Shown here: one piece after another, positions 17,740 through 20,657 of the stretch
Position numbering within the stretch: the stretch's first letter is position 1
How the letters are laid out: every line of letters starts with the position of its first letter
Origin: a bacterium
GTDB lineage: Bacteria > Zhuqueibacterota > Zhuqueibacteria > Oceanimicrobiales > Oceanimicrobiaceae
Assembly (NCBI GenBank): GCA_046757025.1
Contig: JBHHXN010000090.1
Span: 1-20,657, forward strand
Length of the DNA: 20,657 bases
Direction of reading: 5' to 3'
Notes under the pieces: generated by a model
What the model saw: the letters and a program-made list of their open reading frames with translations, nothing else
The model's database searches: none
Told to the model about the DNA's origin: nothing
Translations under genes and position numbers: made by a program

Positions 17740-17819
17740 CAAAAAACTTAATAAATGTATGCAATTTCTTTCGTTTCAAAATGGCGTAAATAATGAACTA
17801 ATAAATGGAGGCGAATGAT

Positions 17820-20288
17820 ATGACTGGCACCAACACGGACCAGGATATCCGAATCGGTGTTTTTGTGTGTGACTGCGGCTTGAACATCGCCGGGGTAGTT
17901 GATACCCAGGCGGTAGCCGAATACGCTAAAACTCTGAAAAACGTGGTGGCGGTGGTACGCAATAAATACACTTGCGCGGACCCCGGACAAAATGAAATCA
18001 AAAAAGCCATTGCCGAATACAACCTCAATCGAGTGGTGGTGGCTTCCTGTACCCCCAAGATTCACGAGCACACTTTTCGGCACTGTGTGGAAGACGCGGG
18101 TATGAACCCCTATCTCATGGAAATGGCCAATATCCGTGAGCACTGTAGCTGGGTGCATCAAACCGAAAAAGCCGCGGCCACCGAGAAGGCCATGAATTTA
18201 GTGCGCAGCGCGGTTTTCAGAGCGCAGCTTTTGGAACCGCAGGTGGAGCCGGTATTTCCAGTGACTCAGGCGGCGCTGATCATCGGCGGCGGCGTCGCCG
18301 GCATTCAGGCCGCCCTGGACACCGCGGACGCGGGTCATCAGGTCTATCTGGTGGAAAAGGAACCGTCCATCGGCGGCATCATGGCGGCCATCGACAAGAC
18401 CTACCCCACCATGGACTGCAGTATATGAATTCTCGGTCCGAAAATGATGGATGTCGGTCGGCATCCCAAGATTAAGCTTCTCACCAACAGTGAAATAGAA
18501 AATGTCACCGGATTCGTTGGTAACTTCAAAGTCACGGTGCGCAAAAAAGCCCGGTATGTTGACGAAAATGAATGTACCGCCTGTGGTGACTGTGAAACCG
18601 TGTGTCCGGTGGCGGTAGTCGATGAGTACCAGCAGGGCTTTTCTTCCCGCAAAGCCATTTACATCCCCTTCCCACAGGCCGTGCCTTCTTCCTACATTTT
18701 GGACATGGACAACTGCCTGGGTACCAACCCCATTGCCTGCGGAAAATGTGCCGAGGCCTGTGAGAAAAAGTGTATCGATTACGACGTACAGGATGAGTTC
18801 ATCGACCTGGAAGTCGGCACGGTTATCGTGGCCACGGGCATGCAGCCGTACGATCCCACGGAAATGGACGAATACGGTTACCGTAAATTTGAAAATGTCA
18901 TCACCAGTATGGAGTTTGAGCGCTTGATCTGCGCCGGCGGTCCCACCGAAGGTCATTTCTTTCGACCGACAGATAGAAAGACGCCAAAAAGCGTGGCGTT
19001 TGTGCAGTGTGTAGGCTCGCGCTCATTGAACCGTGGTGTGCCGTACTGCAGCAATATTTGTTGTATGAACACCGTGAAGGATACCTTGCTTCTGCACGAT
19101 CACTATCCCGACCTGCAGAGCAAAGTATTTTATATGGACATCCGCTCGTTTGGCAAGGGCTTTGAAGATCTTTACCGTCGAAGCAAAGAAAGCGGCGTGC
19201 AGTACATTCGCGGACTGCCCGGCGAAATCGAGGAAGATCCCATCACCAAAAATCTGATCCTGACGGTGGAGAATACCCTCGAAGGCCGGCTTGAAAAGCA
19301 CGAAGTGGATATGGTGGTGCTGGCTGTGGGGCTGATTCCGCGGGTGGACAGCCAGTTCATTCGCCAACTGTTGACGCTGTCGAAAACCTCCGACGGTTTC
19401 GTCATGGAAGCGCACCCCAAGCTGAAGCCGGTGGACGCTCCCACCAAAGGCGTCTATTTCGCCGGTTGTGTGGAAGCGCCCAAGGACATCAAGGACAGCG
19501 TGACCCAGGCCAGCGCGGCGGTGGCGCGCTCCAGCATTCTACTCAATGCCGGTGAAGTGAAAATCGAAGCCATCACCTCGATTATCAACGAAGATATGTG
19601 CAATTTCTGCGGCCGCTGTGTGCGCGTGTGTCCGTTTCACGCGGTGACGCCCACCAGTAAAAAGGAGAACATTTTTCCAAAGATCATCGAGGCGGCTTGT
19701 GCCGGCTGCGGTACCTGCGCAGCAGAGTGTACCACCGATGCCATCAGCATGCGGCACTTTAACGATGCCCAGTACTACGCCCAGATCGACGCGATTCTCG
19801 AAGATCGACCGATGGATAAAATCGTGACCTTTGCCTGCAACTGGTGTTCCTATGCCGGCGGCGATAATGCCGGAACTTCGCGTTTACAATATCCACCTAA
19901 TGTCCGCTTAATTCGCACCATGTGCAGCGGCCGGGTGGACGAAGATTTTATCCTGCACGCATTCAAAAAAGGCGCTCCCATCGTGCTGGTTTCTGGCTGT
20001 CATTTTTCGGATTGCCATTATATCGACGCCGTTACCTGGACGCAGCAACGGGTGGAAAAACTCTGGGATAAATTGGAAAAGATGGGCATTCGGCCTGAGC
20101 GTTTGCAGTTGGAGTGGATCAGCGCCGCCGAAGGCCAGAAATTTGCCCGGGTCATGCGGGAAGTGGAGCAATTGCGGCTGCAGGTCACACCGGAAGAAGT
20201 GCAATTTACCATGAGTGTTTTGAGCAACGGCAAAATGTCACAAAAGAAAAAACCAGCTAAAAAGGAGGTTTTGGAGGTGATCAACTAA
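17820..20288 (+). CDS. hdrA: Selenocysteine-containing heterodisulfide reductase subunit A fused to MvhD (822 aa, Sec at TGA 18426-18428)
   Basis: ORFs 17805-18428 and 18444-20288 are in one frame and read KTYPTMDCSI-U-ILGPKM across the TGA, at the conserved HdrA CxxC position. Other motifs: CDCG.NIAG, NIREHCSWVH, GGGVAG, QCVGSR..YCS.ICC, and C-terminal FACNWCSY/MCSGRV/GCH..DCHY/WISAAEG. ATG 17820 lies 8 nt after GGAGG. Confidence 0.92.
18449..18466 (+). promoter_or_regulatory. Bacterial SECIS element
   Basis: GGATGTC-GGTC-GGCATCC forms a 7-bp stem with a G-led GGUC loop, 27 nt after the in-frame UGA. Confidence 0.8.
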
Positions 20289-20657
20289 TCATATAAAGTA
20301 TCGATCAATTTAAGCCTTATTTTTTTCGCATCTTCGTTCGCAAAAAGGTTTATTGAATTAGTGTGTAAGCTCGAACACCTAAACGGATTGGCCGGGCACA
20401 AAGCCGATAAAAAAATAGCCACTTTGTTTATATGGCTATGAACACCAGACGGTCAATCTGCGCTCTTTTTCTTTTTGCTGGCCTGCTTGTTTTTAATTTC
20501 TGAATTGAGAGAATACAGCATGAATTTCCACCCGAATGTGATGGCGGTTAAAAGCGTGAGCACCGAAATATCTGCTGTTTATGAATCGCTCAGTTCAAGT
20601 AAATAAATGTGAACAATTTATGCGTAGGCTTATTTTAACTTTTCTTGTCAGCGTAAT

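Noticed and set aside
17805..18428. Separate 207-aa gene, or hdrA nonsense pseudogene
   Set aside because: The TGA falls exactly on a conserved Cys position, the frame continues, and a SECIS-like hairpin follows.
20375..20425. c-di-GMP-I riboswitch-like GGGCACAAAGCC
   Set aside because: The GGCAAAC/GNRA hairpin and the tetraloop-receptor stem are absent.

Overview
Bacterial window, probably from an anaerobe of the FCB group (inferred from a secreted protein with an FlgD-type C-terminal sorting domain). All credible genes are on the + strand. The left half holds central metabolism: a hydrogenase maturation protease fragment, mdh, a eukaryotic-type citrate synthase, two exported proteins, a divergent alanine dehydrogenase and a GNAT acetyltransferase. 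The right half is a redox cluster: a four-subunit 2-oxoacid:ferredoxin oxidoreductase (korDABC), an NTF2-like protein, a GltD/NfnB-ferredoxin-MvhD fusion, an 8-Cys duplicated protein, an HdrD-like protein and an HdrA-MvhD fusion. The ORF track splits that last gene in two, but it reads as one selenoprotein gene (CxxU at TGA 18426 followed by a SECIS-like hairpin). The most unusual signal is two small intergenic elements (9498-9663 and 17474-17739) that share the terminal inverted repeat RTAACTAYTCAG, the first with a perfect 8-bp target duplication. Each carries a different inner repeat type and a different collapsed gene (four-helix-bundle and GIY-YIG remnants), which suggests a non-autonomous cargo-carrying mobile family. 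Two sigma-54 promoters and several structured intergenic leaders are also visible. No rRNA, tRNA or CRISPR array was seen.
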